Positions 23,335 through 28,347 of a stretch of 28,347 nt of DNA are shown here, piece after piece. Below the pieces are notes generated by a model, which was given only the letters and a program-made list of their open reading frames with translations, was not told the DNA's origin and ran no database searches. Position 1 is the stretch's first letter, and every line of letters starts with the position of its first letter. The stretch lies in NCBI GenBank assembly GCA_030141605.1, contig JAQGDQ010001709.1, positions 1 through 28,347 on the forward strand, written 5' to 3'. This DNA comes from Tubiluchus corallicola. Taxonomy: Eukaryota > Animalia > Priapulida. A program made the translations under genes and the position numbers.

Positions 23335-24092
23335 ATGACGTATTGTAACGTAAAGCAACGTAACAGTGTAGCCTAAAATACACTACAATAGTGTGACGTC
23401 ACGTAACATAACATAACATAACATAACATAACATAACATAACATAACATAACATAACATAATATAACATAACATAACATAACATAACATAACATAACATA
23501 ACATAACATAACATAACATAACATAACATAACATATCATATCATAACATAATATGACACGACATGACATGACATGACGTAACGTAACGTAACATAACGTA
23601 ACGTAACGTAACGTAACGTAACATAACATAATTCAACACAAGACAACATAACATAAGGTAACACAACATAAGGCAACTTAACTTTATGTAACGTAATGTA
23701 AAGTAAAGTAACTTTATATGACGTATTGTAACGTAAAGAAACGTGACAGTGTAGCCTAAAATACACTACAATAGTGTGACGTCACGTAACATAACATAAC
23801 ATAACATAACATAACATAACATAACATAACATAACATAACATAACATAACATAACATATCATATCATAACATAACATAACATAACATAACATAACATAAC
23901 ATAACATAACATAACATAACAGAACATAACATAACATATCATAACATAATATGACACGACATGACATGACATGACGTAACGTAACATAACATAAGGCAAC
24001 CTAACTTTATATAACGTAATGTAACGTAAAGTAACCTGATGTAATACAACGTAACATAACATGACGTAACGTAACGCAATGCAACATAACAT
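23335..24092. repeat. Two ~383-bp tandem units, each with a GTGACGTCAC palindrome and (AACAT)/(AACGT)/(GACAT) microsatellites
   Basis: atgacgtattgtaacgtaaag...gtgtagcctaaaatacactacaatagtgtgacgtcacgt at 23335 and 23718. Confidence 0.92.
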
Positions 24093-25587
24093 AAATTTAT
24101 TTTTACCAATTTACAGCATCTATTGTACTGAGATGGGTTTATTTAAGCTGAACAAAAAAAGAAGCCGTCATGGAAGCCAACCCAGCTTTGATCGTCACGC
24201 TTGAGTAATCCATAGCAATGTGCTTCTTTGACGGAGATACATCGGGATGGAGAGCGAGGATATTGCTTTCTCGTGTTCGGGGGGTTGATCCATTTATGCA
24301 GATAGCAGCATGCAATGCAAACTGAATGTTAACATTTATACCACTAAGCAACAGTAGCAGTTTGAATCCAAAACGGGCGAACTTGCATTTTCTTTACATG
24401 TCGAAGATTTCCACGCTTGCGATTTGCAAAATCCCACAATTCTATGTGACTTAATGACGTCCCCGGCGTTTAGTGAGGAGTCTAGATTCTCCCGGTGGTG
24501 TGTGAAAGTACTCGATGAATTGTCGAAGAGAATTCTGCAGTTTGCAATTACGATATAAACAAGAGCCGAGTCAATACGAGAATAGAGAAGCCATCATTTC
24601 AAACAGGGGAATTAAATATTTACAATGGAGACCCCCATATTCGGGATGGTGTGTTGTGCAAATAAGATTTCTCCGTCTTTGCAAACACGACACAGATAAT
24701 GGTAACACGTAAATACGTCTAGGACTTCCTAATAAATTCATTTGGTTTATATGAAAAAGAAATGAAACCAATCAAAAGCCATTACAAAATGGAGCTGTAC
24801 TGAATTCCTTGATTTATCTAATTTAAAGGAAAAGTCAACCCTTTTAGGAGGTAAAGCTTATTTCAATGTTCGCGAAAAGTGTTGGACGGGTTTAGTAATG
24901 AAATGGATACGAAACACCAGTTTAACGTGTTGACCAAATGTTTCTTTATTCTGAAATACAAACATTTAGTTTATGTAGACTATATTGAAATTAATTAACA
25001 ATAACTTGCGTTGTTAGAGCCTTTAACAGTTACAAAGACAGGAATGAGAACTCCAAGTAGCCTTAAGAACAACGACGTCACAACAATAAATTCGAAAGAA
25101 GTCCAGAGTCATAATGCTCATCACAGATAGAAAAATAGAGCAATGGCGGAGAGAACCAAAAGACGGGTAAAATATCATACAACTACTACAGCTATCGCTC
25201 ACGAAAGGCCAAAATGCGTTGAACGATATTAGGTGCTTCAATTTTAAAAGAGTGACTACTGTAAAAAGCCTACTAAATAAACTAAACAGGTGGCAGCACC
25301 GTGACAGTAATTGAAAATTAAATTAAAACCAACAAAGGGCCTATGCACCCACTACAAGTAATAAAACTGCAATAGGCCATCTCGTGTAACTAGTAAAATC
25401 ACTTTGAAGTCGTGGTCATTTCATGCTTCCATTTTCAATGCCCATTGTTCTTCTAATGACGTCATTCGTGTTGGAGAAAGGTAGCGCACTGTCAATCTTC
25501 ATCAAAAGTATGATAGGTTTTTACAAAAAAATAAGCTGCTAATTTTGTAATATTTTTGCGTGAACTGTATAATTAAGCTGCAGAACT

Positions 25588-25636
25588 TTTAATTAGTTAA
25601 TTAGTTTAATTAGTTTAATTAGTTTAATTAGTTTAA
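25588..25636. repeat. 9-bp tandem repeat (TTAGTTTAA) x ~5
   Basis: Read directly. Confidence 0.9.
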
Positions 25637-26030
25637 GCAGCGTGCCCTTGTGGAAAGCCACGGCGCCATAATTGCCACCGATAGTTAAATTTGGTTAAAC
25701 TTACAAAGCTACGCGCGTCAAACTAAGACTGGCAATGGCGCCTTTTTGTGACATTCGGGTGCCCGACGAATAGGCACTGTACCGTGATAAGCATGATCAT
25801 GAATTGCGGTGTTCGTCCGTGACATCAGTGCGACGTAGTTTCATGACATCACATCAGGGTGTTACAGCAATCTTCCCTTACGCAAACGTACTTAACGCGC
25901 AGGGAAGATGCTTACCATTGCACAAACTGTGGTCCGTTCGTGACGTAAGCGATAGCTGTGTTCGGTTGCCGTTAATTAACTTTCCAAGGTAAATGTTCAA
26001 ATATTAAAATATAAGAAACAATTATCATTA

Positions 26031-26258
26031 TTGTCAGTGTCATTGTCATTGTCATTGTCATTGTCATTGTCATTGTCATTGTCATTGTCATTGTCATTGT
26101 CATATTATGTTATGATATGATATGTTATGTTATGTTATGTTATGTTATGTTATGTTATGTTATGTTATGTTATGTTATGTTATGTTATGTTATGTTATGT
26201 TATGTTATGTTATGTTATGTTATGTTATGTTATGTTATGTTATGTTATGTTATGTTAC
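26031..26258. repeat. (CATTGT)n joined to (ATGTT)n at the inner end of the right arm
   Basis: Ten perfect CATTGT units at 26041-26100, then the reverse complement of the left-arm AACAT tract. Confidence 0.97.
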
Positions 26259-28347
26259 GTGACGTCACACTATTGTAGTGTATTTTAGGCTACACTGTTA
26301 CGTTGCTTTACGTTACAATACGTCATGCAATGTTGCGTTAAGATTTTTAAGAGGTTCGGTAATTTACTAGTTGGAATCCAGCACCTAAGGCTTTTTGAAA
26401 TCCACGCGTATGGCGGGACTGGAACCAAGCGATGATTAACATGGCTATACCGCCTAAGATGAGACATTGAATATGTCTCAAAGAGCTATAAATAGCTGAA
26501 ATAAATATGGCAAATGAAAACGATAAGAGGGAGTATTGAACACACGTTTAGCCAGTGTTTTGCTCCGTTCACCAAGCGGTTCGTTTTGATAAATAAGCCA
26601 TCGTTGAGAAGACGCTAGAAGCCTTTCGTTTAACGTATTTGTGACCGGCAAAGTCATAGGAAAACCTCATGTAAAAATGTCACAATTTTGGCTAGGAAGA
26701 AGTCACAGGAAAAAAGTCACATTTAATTTTCGCAAAGATTAGGGTTAGGATTAGGGTTGATTCTTTTCTTGTGCCTTTTTCCGTGCTTTTTTTCCTGTGA
26801 GATTTTTTCCGTGACTTTTTTACCTGTGCCTTTTTCCTGTGAGTTTTTCTTCTCACCTTTTCTTGTGATTTTTTTCTGTGACTTTTTTTACCTGTGCCTT
26901 TTTCATGTGACTTTTCTTGTGACTTTTTTACCTGTACCTTTTTCCTGTGACATTTTTCGTGTGAATTTTCCTGTGACATTTTTCTGTGATTTTTTCCTGT
27001 GACATTTTTCCTGTGCCTTTTTCTTCTGACATTTTTTTCCTGTGTTTTTTCTTGTGACATTTTACCTGTGACTTTTTCTGCATCTTTTTTACCTGTGACT
27101 TTTTCCTGTGACTTTTTTCCTATGACTTTCTTCTGTGTCTTTTTTACCTGTGACCTTTTTACTTGGATTTGATGTATGAATCGCCCAGAATGATAAAATT
27201 ACTGTATGTGTAGCTGTGAAAATTGAAAAAATTACCGACACATGGATGAAAGAAACGTTAGATTAGTAAATGATTCGATGTATAAGGATTTGTTTTTCTT
27301 TTCAGTATGGATATAAGTATAGGATGTAAGCATTTCGTATAAGATAGGCCTATCTTGTATCTTGCGCATGCGCATTTTCAATTTTATATCCCGCTCTAGT
27401 CGTACACCGAGTGGAATAACTTCAATCCAAGCAAATCGATCATTTCAAAGTTAACCAGCGCAGTAACGGCTGCAGCCAAATAGCTTAATTTAAAGGAAAA
27501 CATTAAATCTGCCATCAACAAAAGCTTCCGGTCTCCCATCATGGGTTTGACAAACATAGCATGGCTTCATCGAGTTGTAATGGAGGAGTTTTACCAGGAC
27601 AAGAGACGACACGCCTCACTGAACACAATTAAATTTCGTACAAATCGTCTGCGCCACCATATGAAAGGAAATGGACTCCGGGGAGCAAGCGTCCCTAATG
27701 AAGGCATCTCATCTTGCGTTTATAATTAATTACCGTCATTAGTTATTAATACGAGCAGCAAAGATGTTTCACCGAGCATCAAATGTCGATCATGTGCTGT
27801 TCAGACTGTACAATGATAAAACACAAAGTACAGCATACGTGTTTGAAAAAGCTTTACCAGAACAATGACACACTTTTGTCTACAGCAAGTCATAAGTTTT
27901 GAATCGATGAGCTGTGCCTGGTAACCAATTGTTCAGACTGAACAATGATAAAACACAAAGTACAGCATACGTGTTTGAAAAAGCTTTACCAGAACAATGA
28001 CACACTTTTGTCTACAGCAAGTCATAAGTTTTGAATCGATGAGCTGTGCCTGGTAACCAATTGTTCAGACTGTACAATGATAAAACACAAAGTACAGCAT
28101 ACGTGTTTGAAAAAGCTATTCTAGAACAATGACACACTTTTGTCTACAGCAAATCATAAGTTTTGAGTCGATGAGCTGTGCCTGTAACCAATTGTTCAGA
28201 CTGAACAATGATAAAACACAAAGTACAGCATACGTGTTTGAAAAAGCTTTACCAGAACAATGACACACTTTTGTCTACAGCAAGTCATAAGTTTTGAATC
28301 GATGAGCTGTGCCTGGTAACCAATTGTTCAGACTGTACAATGATAAA
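26098..28347 (-). repeat. Right arm of large inverted duplication (includes mirrored GTCACAGG element 26641-27166, NRF1 motif 27363-27374 and 132-bp array from 27798); truncated by window end
   Basis: Reverse complement of 21314-23558 with very few mismatches. Confidence 0.97.

Larger units (their letters stand above)
21314..23558 (+). repeat. Left arm of large inverted duplication (outer limit set only by the window edge)
   Basis: Reverse complement of 26098-28347; mirrored ORF coordinates all sum to 49661 (21932+27729, 22601+27060, 23194+26467). Confidence 0.97.

Noticed and set aside
24820-25990. Transposase or Kolobok element in the spacer (ttaaaggaaaagtcaacc start)
   Set aside because: No long ORF and only a weak matching right terminus.

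Overview
AT-rich, repeat-dense eukaryotic (animal, probably marine invertebrate) genomic DNA; no prokaryotic genes or CRISPR. The one well-supported gene is a Popeye-domain (POPDC/BVES-family, cAMP-binding, three-TM) gene on the minus strand. It has three coding exons (10695-10154, 5432-5315, 635-225) with canonical GT-AG sites and matching phases, giving about 356 aa, and it carries DSVE instead of the usual DSPE motif. Introns and upstream DNA hold many micro- and minisatellites, a 5S-rRNA-headed SINE, four copies of a TTAA-flanked Kolobok-like MITE (one nested in an older copy of itself), a hAT-like MITE inserted in a LINE relic, and a second LINE 3' fragment. Two structures stand out. First, an exact 50 x 37 bp minisatellite is enclosed by ~90 bp inverted repeats containing degenerate Penelope-type hammerhead motifs. 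Second, a nearly perfect inverted duplication (arms at least 2.2 kb, spacer ~2.5 kb, right arm running off the window) copies a candidate promoter and a 132-bp satellite. Most ORFs in the supplied track are repeat artefacts.
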